A model generated the notes under the pieces. The model made no database searches and had not been told where the DNA came from. It saw nothing but the letters and a program-made list of their open reading frames with translations. The position numbers were made by a program, and so were the translations under genes. Below, piece by piece: positions 18,464 to 28,771 of a stretch of DNA of 64,000 bases. Source of the stretch: Bacteroidota bacterium (GTDB taxonomy: Bacteria; Bacteroidota; Bacteroidia; Bacteroidales; JAADJA01); the NCBI GenBank assembly GCA_020444515.1, contig JAHLKX010000002.1, forward strand, positions 520,146 through 584,145, written 5' to 3'. Numbering within the stretch: position 1 is the stretch's first letter; each line of letters starts with the position of its first letter.

Positions 18464-21400
18464 TTAAAATTGGAGATTAACTGTAAAACCAACATTCCTT
18501 GTCGTAGGCATTACACCACTCTGCCATCCCTGAACATTACCGGCACCCTGGCTGGCTTCGGGATCAGCATGGGGAAGATCTTTGGAGATAATCCACAGGT
18601 TGCTGCCTACGAGGCTGAAGGATATACCATTGATAAAGGTATTTTCCAGTGTAGTTTTCGGTAAAGAGTATGTAAGAACTACTTCCCTCAACTTAATATA
18701 CGTAGCATCATAAATGAAGGCTGCATTTGGATTCTTTGACCAGCCAAATACACGATAATCGTCCCCAGCAACTCTGATGTCATTGGTAGCTGTATTGGTT
18801 ACAGTGTAGGTTCCGTCATCATTGTAAGTTACATCACCGGTAACGCCTTCAAGGATCAATCCACCACCATTATCAAGGGTGTTCCTAACAGGATTACCTA
18901 GGTCATTGGTATATGAAGTTTCTTCATATAAACCGGTTCCCATACCATAATACATATCGAGTGAATAGACACTACCACCTTGTTGCCAGTCAATCAGGAA
19001 ACTGAAAGCCCAGTTTTTATAGGAGAAGCGGTTGTTGATACCACCTGTCCAATCGGGATTGATGTTACCCAATACCACATCGGAGGTGGGGGTTTTCAGA
19101 TAATAACCATCTTCGCCTACTACTTTATTTCCGTTATCATCATAAATAAAGTCCTGTCCCTGGATGGTACCATAAGGTTCACCTACACGGGCATTGATGG
19201 TAATACCACTTTGTAATGACCTGGTAAGCTGAATGTTTTCAACACCTTCGGCCAGAGCGACAACCTCATTGATGTTTTTTGCCCAGTTGAGGGTGACATC
19301 CCACCTGAAGTTTTCGCTGACTACCGGTGATCCGAAGACCATCAACTCAACACCTTTGTTTTCAATTTCACCAGCATTGACATATTTTTGTGAATATCCG
19401 GTTGTATAAGAAACAGCGATCGGGATAATCTGATCAACGGTGTTTGTTTTATAGAATGCTGCATCAAATCCCAGACGCTTATTGAGGAAATACATTTCCA
19501 AACCTGCTTCAAGACTGGTTGTCCTTTCCGGTTTCAATTCAGCATTGTTTTTAGTGTTGGGTAATGAGTATAAGGGTGTTCCGCCAAATACAGGATTGTT
19601 ATCATAAGTATCAACAATACTTCCCCAGGGGGCATCATTACCTACTTCAGCATATCCTAAACGCAGTTTGCCTAAATCCATCCAGTCTACATCCAAAACA
19701 TTGGAAAACAGGAAGCTTCCTGATACGGATGGATAAACATAAGCGTTATTATCTTCTGGTAATGTTGAAGACTGATCTCTCCGGATGGTTGCATCCAAAT
19801 AGAGGAAATTTTTATATCCGAGAGAAGCACTTGCATAGATACCGTTTACACCAATTTTATTATAGGTTTCCTCGGGTGCTAACATGGGATTTACGCTATT
19901 GCTTAATGCATAAAGATCAGGAACAATCAATCCTCCGTCAGTTGATGCAAACACCTGATCCAATTCTGATCTTCTGATGTTAGTCCCAACCAGGGCACTC
20001 AGGTTAAAATCTTCACTGAGGTCTTTGTTAAACCTCAGCATGAAATCAAAGTTATTTTCATAAAAACTTTTATTAAACCTTGAGTATCCAGAAGTAACGT
20101 CGGAACGACCTGCTGTTGTTCCTACCCCAAATTCGCCGGAGGCAGATCCAATGGCTTTTCTTTCTTCCTGAATTTCAGAGTAGAAATCAGTTGAGAAGCG
20201 GGCCATGGTGCTGAAATAATCATTGATTTGCCAGTCGGCCTGGATATAGCCAATAACACGGTCACGGCCATCTGTCGTATAATTTTTATAACGGGTCCAG
20301 TATGGATTATCCCAATATGCTGGAGCCAGGTTATCTTGACTTACAGGGTTCCAGGTGATGTTTTCCTCTGTAGCTTCATATAATTCTTTCTGTTGCTGAT
20401 AGTCAACATTTGTTTGCATCCATTGACGGAATGACGAAAGAATGTTATCAGAATATCCAGTGGCATTACGGCCTTTGCCCTTGTTGTTAATATAATTAAC
20501 AGAAGCAGTTACCGTAACATCTTTGGTAACATCATAGGATCCGTTAAACAATACATTGTTTCTTACAAAGTGGCTGTTTGGCATAATACCGGTCTGATCC
20601 TGATTGGAGTAAGACAATCTGAAGTTGGAGTTCTCATTGGCTCCGGTTACTTCAACACTGTTGGTGAAGGACCATGGAGTTTCAAAGAAAGAGATGGGTC
20701 CGTTATCACCGGCAGCAACCCAGGGTGTGGGTTTCCTGTAATTGGGTGATTGTGGATAGAAGGCATCCCACTGGTATACACTGAGTCCTGGATCAAATTT
20801 CTGACCAAAAGACCCATCTTCATAAGTTGGTACTACCAAATCGGTGGCACCATCCCCATTGAAGTCATACTGCTCTAGTCCGGTATAAGGCTCATCACCA
20901 TAATAGGGACCGTAACCTGCGCCATAATCCTGTTGATAGGTGGGGAAGGTTGATTTGTCAATGAAACCTGTGGTAACATTGGAGCTAACATTAACGCCAT
21001 AAACCCGTTTTTTGGCCATGGTGCGTTCACCTTTTTTAGTGGTAATGATGATTACACCATTGGCGGCACGTGATCCGTAAAGGGCTGTAGCAGCAGCACC
21101 TTTCAGTACGTTCATCGACTCAATGTCGTTGGGGTTGATGTCGGCGGCTGAGTTACCAAAGTCATAACCATGCCGTCCCCTGACCTGGTCATCCGTATTG
21201 GTCACATCATTGTTAATGGGAACACCATCCACAACGATCAAAGCCTGGTTGTTTCCGGTAATGGAAGAAGCACCACGGATCAGGATGTTGGATGAACCGC
21301 CTAAGTTACCAGTATTTTTAATCTGTACACCAGCGGCTTTACCCGAGAGTGTATTGATAAAATTATTGGTTTTAACGGTACTGATTTCTTCACCTGATAG

Positions 21401-21772
21401 CTCCTGAGTCGCATAACCAAGAGATTTTTTCTCCCGGCTGATACCGAGAGCCGTTACAACGACCCCTTCAAGGTGCATGATATCAGGCTCCATAGCTACA
21501 TCAATGGTAGTCTGGCCTGCAATTGCAATTTCCTGAGAAGCCATTCCAACGTAACGGAAAACGAGTGTTGCAGCATCATCAGAGACTTTAATGGTATATT
21601 TCCCGTCAAGGTCGGTAATGGTACCTGTGGATGTACCTTTTACCAGAACCTGTACACCAGGGATCGGTTGACCATCGTCTGAACTGGTAACCGTACCTTT
21701 AATTTCCCTGTCTTGAGCAAAAATTTGCATCCCTATGAAAATGAATGCAAGAAAAAGGGTAAATTTTCTCAT
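18464..21772 (-). CDS. SusC/RagA-family TonB-linked outer-membrane transporter
   Basis: 1102 aa. CarboxypepD_reg 'IKGTVTSSDDGQPIPGVQVLVKGTSTGTITDLDGKYTIKV', plug 'ILIRGASSITGNNQALIVVDGVPI' and 'IESMNVLKGAAATALYGSRAANGVIIITTKKG', and a C-terminal 'GFTVNLQF'. Confidence 0.9.
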   Translation of the reverse strand: MRKFTLFLAFIFIGMQIFAQDREIKGTVTSSDDGQPIPGVQVLVKGTSTGTITDLDGKYTIKVSDDAATLVFRYVGMASQEIAIAGQTTIDVAMEPDIMHLEGVVVTALGISREKKSLGYATQELSGEEISTVKTNNFINTLSGKAAGVQIKNTGNLGGSSNILIRGASSITGNNQALIVVDGVPINNDVTNTDDQVRGRHGYDFGNSAADINPNDIESMNVLKGAAATALYGSRAANGVIIITTKKGERTMAKKRVYGVNVSSNVTTGFIDKSTFPTYQQDYGAGYGPYYGDEPYTGLEQYDFNGDGATDLVVPTYEDGSFGQKFDPGLSVYQWDAFYPQSPNYRKPTPWVAAGDNGPISFFETPWSFTNSVEVTGANENSNFRLSYSNQDQTGIMPNSHFVRNNVLFNGSYDVTKDVTVTASVNYINNKGKGRNATGYSDNILSSFRQWMQTNVDYQQQKELYEATEENITWNPVSQDNLAPAYWDNPYWTRYKNYTTDGRDRVIGYIQADWQINDYFSTMARFSTDFYSEIQEERKAIGSASGEFGVGTTAGRSDVTSGYSRFNKSFYENNFDFMLRFNKDLSEDFNLSALVGTNIRRSELDQVFASTDGGLIVPDLYALSNSVNPMLAPEETYNKIGVNGIYASASLGYKNFLYLDATIRRDQSSTLPEDNNAYVYPSVSGSFLFSNVLDVDWMDLGKLRLGYAEVGNDAPWGSIVDTYDNNPVFGGTPLYSLPNTKNNAELKPERTTSLEAGLEMYFLNKRLGFDAAFYKTNTVDQIIPIAVSYTTGYSQKYVNAGEIENKGVELMVFGSPVVSENFRWDVTLNWAKNINEVVALAEGVENIQLTRSLQSGITINARVGEPYGTIQGQDFIYDDNGNKVVGEDGYYLKTPTSDVVLGNINPDWTGGINNRFSYKNWAFSFLIDWQQGGSVYSLDMYYGMGTGLYEETSYTNDLGNPVRNTLDNGGGLILEGVTGDVTYNDDGTYTVTNTATNDIRVAGDDYRVFGWSKNPNAAFIYDATYIKLREVVLTYSLPKTTLENTFINGISFSLVGSNLWIISKDLPHADPEASQGAGNVQGWQSGVMPTTRNVGFTVNLQF

Positions 21773-22092
21773 AACATAAGAATTTAGATTAATAAATATG
21801 GATTAGATTGTAATTATTTGAAGAATTCATCTCTTTTATAATTCCCGAAATTTAATTCTCTTTATATTCTTTAGATGTTAAAATGCTCTAAAAGTACCGC
21901 AAAGTAAGGATAACAATTAATTTAAGCAAGAAAAAATTTATTTAAAATTTAGAATTATTTAGTAATTTGTTCACATTCAGAACATCTGACAAAGAACGAC
22001 AAACACAAATATAGGCTAAAATTAACTGAAAATTCTGTAAATACTAATGTTTGCTTGAAACAAAAATAAGAAATATTTTATCTCCAACATAA

Positions 22093-22518
22093 TTAGTGCA
22101 TTTTTCGAAAATAAAGAGCGAAAAGGATTGCCATCGAAATAAATATGCCTGAGGCATACCAATTACCATAACTCATGAGATGGGGAACCATGATAATGAT
22201 CAAAGTGGAAAGGAGGTAAATATAAAATCCGATTTTTCGCATTTTTAACATCAGAATGGCCCCAATGGTTGCTGATGAATAGGTAACAAATCCTGCCAAT
22301 GAGAAAAATAGCACAAAAGACGGCGATACCGCTCTTTCCGGAAAGTAATCTGTCAGCACGTCGGTAATCCAGTTGTTCTGGAAAATGGCCAGCAGAAATA
22401 AAATCGAAAGGAAAACAGAAAACACCATAAAAGCGATGCACAATATGGTGAGTAGAAAAGGCCGGGGTATCCTTTTGTCAATATTTTCTTCAGTTGACGG
22501 TGTTGTATGCATGAGCAA
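22093..22518 (-). CDS. Small 4-TM membrane protein (141 aa), tandem paralog B
   Basis: Four hydrophobic helices. It shares 'M.K..KIGF.IY' with the neighbouring 141-aa ORF and lies 13 nt downstream of it. Confidence 0.6.
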   Translation of the reverse strand: MLMHTTPSTEENIDKRIPRPFLLTILCIAFMVFSVFLSILFLLAIFQNNWITDVLTDYFPERAVSPSFVLFFSLAGFVTYSSATIGAILMLKMRKIGFYIYLLSTLIIIMVPHLMSYGNWYASGIFISMAILFALYFRKMH

Positions 22519-22531
22519 ATAAATGTTTTAA

Positions 22532-22957
22532 TTAAGACATATGTTTGATCTGGCTAAAATATCCTGAAACAAAAGCCAGGGTAATGAAAATTTCAAAGAC
22601 GGAAATCATTGATGAATCGATAAGTGCCATGGGCAATATCAACACAAATATCTGTGCAGCCGTGTAGATATGAAACCCGATCTTTTTTAATTTCCACATC
22701 TGAATAGCACCCATTAATGAGATGAAATAAAGAATGGAACTGGCGATAAAAAACTGGCGACCACCCCTGAAAATATTGACCAGTTCAGGAAACTGGCCTT
22801 TAAAATCGTCCATGGCAATAAGCATTTCATCATAGGAAAGATACACCATCATAAAAACAAAAGATGCCATACCACTCCCAATAAAAGTGAGGGTGCAAAG
22901 AAAGGTGAGCAATCCGGGTCTCACCTTTCTATTAATGCTATGCTGATTTTCTTCCAT
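22532..22957 (-). CDS. Small 4-TM membrane protein (141 aa), tandem paralog A
   Basis: Four hydrophobic helices, including 'MWKLKKIGFHIY'. It lies 9 nt downstream of the ammonia-lyase gene. Confidence 0.6.
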   Translation of the reverse strand: MEENQHSINRKVRPGLLTFLCTLTFIGSGMASFVFMMVYLSYDEMLIAMDDFKGQFPELVNIFRGGRQFFIASSILYFISLMGAIQMWKLKKIGFHIYTAAQIFVLILPMALIDSSMISVFEIFITLAFVSGYFSQIKHMS

Positions 22958-22966
22958 TTAAAATGA

Positions 22967-24490
22967 TTATTCCAGTGAGCCGGTCACTTTTTCAACTTCT
23001 TCAAGTACCTCACAGGACTTGATCAATGTCTTCATGGCGTTATGATCATTGTATAGCGGCCGGTCGATATCCAGGAATTCAACATGTCGTCTAACCACTT
23101 CCTTGGCTTTTGTAACACCCTTACCAAAATTATATTCCCTGAAATCGAGTGCTTGTGCAGCTGCCATCATTTCTATGCCAAGAATGCCATAGGCATTATC
23201 AAGGATCTGGAAGTTTTTCAATGCCGTGTTCATACCCATGGATACAAAATCTTCCTGATCGGCAGCTGCCGGAATCGACTGGATACTGGCCGGTGTCGAA
23301 AGGATACGTTGTTCAACGATTTGCATATCGGCAGCATACTGGCTTAACATCAATCCCGAGAACATGCCTGCTCCCTTGGTCAAAAAAGCAGGTAACCCCA
23401 CACTCAATGCGGGGTTGTTCAATCGGTTCATCCGTCGCTCCGACATCACACTGACCATGGTGATCGCTGCTCCGGCCATATCCATTGGCAATGCAACGGG
23501 TGTACCCTGAAAATTTGCACCGGAAATTTGTAAGTTTTCATCCGGGAAAAAAATGGGATTATCACCAACACCATTGAGTTCAATTTCAACCTGTGAACGG
23601 GCATAAGCCAGGGCGTCATGAGCGGCACCCACCACCTGTGGTGTTGAACGCATGGAATAAGCATCTTGAACTTTACAAGGAATTTTGCCTTCTTTGAGGT
23701 CACCGCCTTCCACCAGCTTGTTAATGGCATTGGCACTTCTGACAGCACCTTTGAATCCTCTTACTTCATGTAGTTTGGATGTATATGGTTTCATATTGGC
23801 TTTCAACGCTTCAAGTGACATAGCTGCAGCGATCTCAGCCTGCTTGAGCCATCGATTGGCATCATAAATAAAAATGGCACTCATGGCTGTCAGCACATTG
23901 GAACCATTGATGGTGGCCAGTCCATCCCGGGCTTTTAAACCCGGAACCGGAATGCCAGCCCGATCCAAAGCTTCTTTGCCGTCAAGCAGCTCATCTTTAT
24001 AAAATGCTTTGCCTTCGCCCATCATTAAAAGGGCGATCTGCGACATGGGTGCCAGATCGCCAGAGGCTCCTACCGAACCCTTCTGACAAACAAATGGCGT
24101 AACACCTTTATTCAGCATGTCGACCAGTGTTTGGGTAATCTCGGGCCTTACGCCTGAATTGCCATGGGCATGCACATTGATCCTTCCCAGCATGGCACCA
24201 CGCACCCACTCTTCAGGCATTGCCTCACCGATCCCGGCTGCATGATTGTAGATCAAATATTTCTGGAATTCTTTTACCTGGTCATCATTGAGCACTACTT
24301 CCGAAAACTCACCAATCCCGGTGTTGACACCATACATGATCTCATGGGCTTCAATTTTTTTCTCCAGCATAGCCCTGCATTTTGTAATCCGCTCAAGGGC
24401 ATCCGGATGCAATTCAACTTTTTGACGATGGCGAGCTACTTTGACGAGGTCTTCAATGGTCAAACCCGCACCTTTAATAATATATGTCAT
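22967..24490 (-). CDS. MIO-dependent aromatic amino acid/histidine ammonia-lyase family enzyme (divergent copy)
   Basis: 507 aa. The MIO triad 'GASGDLAP' places Ala142-Ser143-Gly144 at nt 24059-24067. The selectivity positions read 'IYNHAAG' (Asn82-His83), and 'QEDFVSMG' is present. Confidence 0.85.
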   Translation of the reverse strand: MTYIIKGAGLTIEDLVKVARHRQKVELHPDALERITKCRAMLEKKIEAHEIMYGVNTGIGEFSEVVLNDDQVKEFQKYLIYNHAAGIGEAMPEEWVRGAMLGRINVHAHGNSGVRPEITQTLVDMLNKGVTPFVCQKGSVGASGDLAPMSQIALLMMGEGKAFYKDELLDGKEALDRAGIPVPGLKARDGLATINGSNVLTAMSAIFIYDANRWLKQAEIAAAMSLEALKANMKPYTSKLHEVRGFKGAVRSANAINKLVEGGDLKEGKIPCKVQDAYSMRSTPQVVGAAHDALAYARSQVEIELNGVGDNPIFFPDENLQISGANFQGTPVALPMDMAGAAITMVSVMSERRMNRLNNPALSVGLPAFLTKGAGMFSGLMLSQYAADMQIVEQRILSTPASIQSIPAAADQEDFVSMGMNTALKNFQILDNAYGILGIEMMAAAQALDFREYNFGKGVTKAKEVVRRHVEFLDIDRPLYNDHNAMKTLIKSCEVLEEVEKVTGSLE

Positions 24491-24779
24491 AATTCTGGAA
24501 TTTTAATGTGAATAAATAAAATAAGTCAAAACTTTGAGGATGTGATCAATGAAGTGCGGTGCGGTTGATTTTAACTTTAAACAATAGATTCCAATGAATT
24601 ACCATAATGTGTTCGCTTTTTCGAACGACTAAATTATAAAAAAATATGCATGGAGAAAGGATGGAAGATGTTTTATTCCAAATTTAAAAGGGAGGATTAT
24701 TCAAGGCAAATATGCCAGCCTTGAAAAATCATCGGATGTTTGAATAAATTATTCCGAAATTTGCCGCAAAATTCTCTGG

Positions 24780-25106
24780 ATGGAATCTATTCAAACAAAG
24801 GAACAGGTGCAGCAGGTCATTCATGATGAGATTGGTGTGCTGCTCTATTTTTACAATGATGATTGTGCTCCCTGCATCAGTTTACGGCCCAAAGTGGAAT
24901 CCCTGTTGGCTAATCGATTTCCGAAAATGAAATTAATTTGGGTCAATTCCAAAACGACCCCCGACATACCTGCATCCCATCATGTTTTTGCGAATCCCAC
25001 CATTCTCATCTTTTTTGATGGTAAAGAATTCAAAAGATTCAGCAAATATGTTTCTGTAGACGAGCTGGAAGAGGCCATTGAAAGATATTACGCTCTTATT
25101 TTTTAA
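24780..25106 (+). CDS. Thioredoxin-fold protein
   Basis: 108 aa with a CxxC motif in 'YFYNDDCAPCISLRPKVE'. Confidence 0.7.
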   Translation: MESIQTKEQVQQVIHDEIGVLLYFYNDDCAPCISLRPKVESLLANRFPKMKLIWVNSKTTPDIPASHHVFANPTILIFFDGKEFKRFSKYVSVDELEEAIERYYALIF

Positions 25107-25139
25107 ATGCCGGTTGGTGGTTAATAAACCTGTACAAAC

Positions 25140-26663
25140 TTACAGTTGAAATTTATTCACATCTTCCTTCGGCAATTCGAGCGGGTAATTTTTTAAAAAT
25201 TCTACCGAAGCCTTAATATCTTTGTACATCACCTGATCGTCTTCTACGAAGGCTACTTTTTCACGATATGCTTTTATAAAATTTTCAAGGTAGGGCGATG
25301 ATTTCGCCGGTCTTCTGAATTCCAGTGCTTGCGCGGCATTGAACAATTCAATAGCCAATATTCGTTCCAGGTTTTCAAGCACCCGAAATGTTTTGGTTGC
25401 AGCGTTGGCTCCCATGCTCACGTGGTCTTCCTGTCCTTTGGAGGATTCGATGGAATCGACGGAAGATGGGGTACAAAGCGATTTATTCTGGCTCACAATG
25501 GAAGCCGAAGTATATTGCGGGATCATAAATCCCGAATTCAAACCGGGATTGGCCACCAGGAATGGCGGCAACCCTCTTGCGCCTGAAAGCAACTGGTAGG
25601 TTCTTCTCTCAGAAATATTCCCCAATTCAGCCATGGCGATGGCGAGGTTATCCAGGGCCAGGGCCAAAGGTTGTCCATGGAAATTACCGGCCGAGATGAT
25701 CAGATCTTCATCCGGGAAAATGGTTGGATTATCCGTAACGGAGTTGATCTCTTTGCGGAACACATAAGCCACATAATTGATTGAATCCTTGGAAGCACCG
25801 TGCACCTGCGGAATACAGCGGAATGAGTAAGGATCCTGCACGTGTTCTTTTTTACGGTTGATCAGTTCGCTACCTTCCAGAATATTGGTGATCCGTTCAG
25901 CGGTTTTAATCTGCCCTTTGTGAGGGCGGATTTGCTGGATGAGGGGATGAAAGGGTTCAATCCTTCCATCAAACGCTTCGAGAGAGAGTGCTCCTATTAC
26001 ATCGGCCAGCCGGGAAAGTTTAAAGATCCGTAGGCAGCAATAAACACCATACGCACTCATGAACTGAGTTCCGTTGAGCAACGCCAGTCCGGCCTTGGAT
26101 TTGAGTTCGATTGGATCCCAATTCATCTCCTTCAAAACATCAGCAGAATCTCTTTTCTTACCTTTAAAATATACTTCACCCATGCCCAACAGCGGCAACG
26201 ACAAATGGGCCAGCGGCGCCAGATCACCCGAAGCTCCCAGGGATCCCTGTTGGTAAACAACCGGAATAATGTCATGGTTATAAAAATCAACCAACCTTTG
26301 CACTGTTTCCAGTTGCACGCCCGACAGGCCATAAGAGAGGCCCTGCACCTTTAGCAACAACATCAGCTTGACGATCTCCCGCGGTACCCCGTCGCCGGTT
26401 CCACAGGCATGCGACATTACCAGGTTTTTTTGCAAGGTACTCAGGTCTTTTTTATCGATGGTGCGGTTGTAGAGAGCGCCAAAGCCGGTATTGATCCCAT
26501 AAATGGGTTCGGTTTGGGATTCCATTTTTTTATCGAGGTAATCACGGCATCGGGTTATCTTCGATTTTGCTTCATCTGAAAGTTCGAGTTTTTTCTTGTA
26601 CCGGCTGATCTGCTCAATATCCTCAAAGTTGAGTTTGTCGGAAGTAACAAAGTGAACCGCCAT
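25140..26663 (-). CDS. hutH: Histidine ammonia-lyase
   Basis: 507 aa with 'GSLGASGDLAPLAHL' (MIO), 'NLVMSHACGTG' (the Ser-His pair typical of HAL) and 'QEDHVSMG'. Confidence 0.85.
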   Translation of the reverse strand: MAVHFVTSDKLNFEDIEQISRYKKKLELSDEAKSKITRCRDYLDKKMESQTEPIYGINTGFGALYNRTIDKKDLSTLQKNLVMSHACGTGDGVPREIVKLMLLLKVQGLSYGLSGVQLETVQRLVDFYNHDIIPVVYQQGSLGASGDLAPLAHLSLPLLGMGEVYFKGKKRDSADVLKEMNWDPIELKSKAGLALLNGTQFMSAYGVYCCLRIFKLSRLADVIGALSLEAFDGRIEPFHPLIQQIRPHKGQIKTAERITNILEGSELINRKKEHVQDPYSFRCIPQVHGASKDSINYVAYVFRKEINSVTDNPTIFPDEDLIISAGNFHGQPLALALDNLAIAMAELGNISERRTYQLLSGARGLPPFLVANPGLNSGFMIPQYTSASIVSQNKSLCTPSSVDSIESSKGQEDHVSMGANAATKTFRVLENLERILAIELFNAAQALEFRRPAKSSPYLENFIKAYREKVAFVEDDQVMYKDIKASVEFLKNYPLELPKEDVNKFQL

Positions 26664-26667
26664 GATA

Positions 26668-28035
26668 TTATCCTTTCAGTTTGTTGATGAGTCCATTTAT
26701 GTTTTCATAGCTGATCTGATCACCAGTGTGCATGTTTTTAACCGATAATGTCCCATTCTTCATCTCATTTTCACCGATTAATATTACGTAAGGAATATTT
26801 TTATTGTTGGCATAACTCATTTGTTTTTTCATTTTGGCCGACTCGGGGTAGATTTCCGCATTGATGCCTTCCTTTCGTAGTTTTTCTAAAAGTCCGAGGC
26901 AGTAGTTTTGTTCCTTTTCACCAAAATTCACAAAAAATACCTGGGTGGTTGATCCGGTATCAGATGGGAACAGATTGAGTTCGGTCATCACATCGTAAAT
27001 GCGATCTGCTCCAAACGATACACCCACACCTGAAACATCGGGCAGACCAAAGATGCCGGTGAGGTCATCATAACGTCCGCCCCCACATATGCTTCCAATT
27101 TTAACATCATTGGCTCCCACTTCGAAAATAGCACCGGTGTAGTAGTTCAAACCACGGGCCAGGGTGAGGTCAAGTTCGACATTTGAGGTTAATGCAAGAT
27201 TTGTGAGCATGTTAAATACGGTTTGCATCTCTTCTATTCCCTTTTTACCGGTTTCCGTGCCACTCAGTTTTTCCATCAGGAAATTGAGCTTTTCAGATGT
27301 TGAGCCTTTAAAATCGAGGATTTCTTCCAGTTTTGAAATACCAGGCATCGAAATGTTATCCGCTGAAAGTTCTCTTTTTACTCCTTCGATTCCGATCTTG
27401 TCCAGCTTGTCGATGGCTATCGTGATGGACATGAACTTTTCTGTTTCACCGATGTATTCGGCAATTCCATATAGTACTTTCCGGTTGTTGAGTTTGATGG
27501 TAACATTTACATTTAGCCTGCGGAAAACATCATCGATGATCTGTACGAGTTCCACTTCATTGAGTAGGGAATTGCTCCCGATTACATCCACATCACACTG
27601 GAAAAATTCGCGGTAGCGGCCCTTCTGGGGTTTATCGGCCCGCCAAACAGGTTGGATTTGATACCGTTTAAAAGGGAAGCTGATATCGTTACGGTTTTGT
27701 ACCACAAACCTGGCAAAGGGCACTGTAAGATCGTAGCGTAAACCCTTCTCAGAAATAAATCCTGTTAGTTCTGTGCTGTTTGGATCCTGAAATTTCTCAA
27801 TGGGTGTTTTCTCAACAAAGTCACCCGAGTTTAAAATCTTAAACAGCAATTTATCGCCCTCATCACCATATTTCCCCAGCAAGGTCGACAGGTTTTCCAT
27901 GGCCGGTGTTTCGATGGGTTGGTAGCCATACAGTTTGAATACCGACTTGATGGTATCAAAAATATAATCTCTTTTCACCATTTCAGCCGGGGTGAAATCG
28001 CGTGTGCCTTTGGGAATGGAAGGTTTTTGTGCCAT
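26668..28035 (-). CDS. hisS: Histidine--tRNA ligase
   Basis: '[14 protein letters not shown]', '[10 protein letters not shown]', '[14 protein letters not shown]' and 'GGGRYDDL'. The ORF extends to 28056, but the ATG at 28035 gives the usual N-terminus. Confidence 0.9.
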   Translation of the reverse strand: MAQKPSIPKGTRDFTPAEMVKRDYIFDTIKSVFKLYGYQPIETPAMENLSTLLGKYGDEGDKLLFKILNSGDFVEKTPIEKFQDPNSTELTGFISEKGLRYDLTVPFARFVVQNRNDISFPFKRYQIQPVWRADKPQKGRYREFFQCDVDVIGSNSLLNEVELVQIIDDVFRRLNVNVTIKLNNRKVLYGIAEYIGETEKFMSITIAIDKLDKIGIEGVKRELSADNISMPGISKLEEILDFKGSTSEKLNFLMEKLSGTETGKKGIEEMQTVFNMLTNLALTSNVELDLTLARGLNYYTGAIFEVGANDVKIGSICGGGRYDDLTGIFGLPDVSGVGVSFGADRIYDVMTELNLFPSDTGSTTQVFFVNFGEKEQNYCLGLLEKLRKEGINAEIYPESAKMKKQMSYANNKNIPYVILIGENEMKNGTLSVKNMHTGDQISYENINGLINKLKG

Positions 28036-28104
28036 AGCGCTATACTTATCTCTCAATTAAGCCTGCAAATTTAAGCAAAACAGACCATGTGGAATGACCT
28101 GCTG

Positions 28105-28587
28105 TCATTTGTTCATTGGAATTTTCAGCTGTTCCAACAAGGATAACAAATAGCCATCACATTCTGCTTCTCCTTCCTTCGGGGCCCACGGAGCAAAGTT
28201 TTTATCATCAGCCGGATCATAAGGTCCATCTTTGAGTTCATAAATGATGGAATCAGGTTCGAGGCAAATGATGGTGTGATAGGTCCGGGCAGCCACTTCT
28301 ACAGCATACTCATTGTTTTTTGGATCGAGGATCATGTGGTCGGTAATATTGCCGTCATCATTGAACTGAATCACCACAAACTTTCCGGTAAGCGCCATGA
28401 ATACTTCACGTTTATCAGGGCTTTCATGTTTGTGTGGTTGAAGATACGTGCCGGGCTGCATGCTGTTGAGCATACGTTGGAGCGGGTCATCCGGACCATC
28501 ATGAAAATTGTGATTGATTCTGCCGCGCGCTGATTGCCGGGCTTTGTGCATCAGTTTCTGAAGGAGTTCGGAATTTATTTTAATCAT
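28105..28587 (-). CDS. Cupin-fold protein (WbuC-like)
   Basis: 160 aa. 'GTYLQPHKHESPDKREVFMALTGKFVV' has a cupin-like His pattern. The family assignment is from memory. Confidence 0.5.
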   Translation of the reverse strand: MIKINSELLQKLMHKARQSARGRINHNFHDGPDDPLQRMLNSMQPGTYLQPHKHESPDKREVFMALTGKFVVIQFNDDGNITDHMILDPKNNEYAVEVAARTYHTIICLEPDSIIYELKDGPYDPADDKNFAPWAPKEGEAECDGYLLSLLEQLKIPMNK

Positions 28588-28771
28588 TTGCTATCCATTC
28601 ATCTGTTTTTACAAAACTAACATGTTTCATTTAATCATTTCTGGCAGAGATGGATTTCAACCAAATTCAATTAGTTTGAGGGCAAATAAAACCATTCTGA
28701 ATTAAAAAATATTACATTTGTTGTGTTCGTTTAACAGGTTTTTTCGCCTTAGCAATAAACATGTCTTTAGC

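Noticed and set aside
22967-24490. Tyrosine ammonia-lyase of a flexirubin/aryl-polyene pathway
   Set aside because: It retains His83 and the Q-E-D acidic motif typical of histidine ammonia-lyases, rather than the His-Leu or Phe-Leu selectivity pairs. There are no CoA-ligase, KS or dar-type neighbours.
28036-28104. Leader or riboswitch upstream of hisS
   Set aside because: Only about 48-69 nt are available. I see no conserved structured motif, and T-box leaders are not expected in this phylum.
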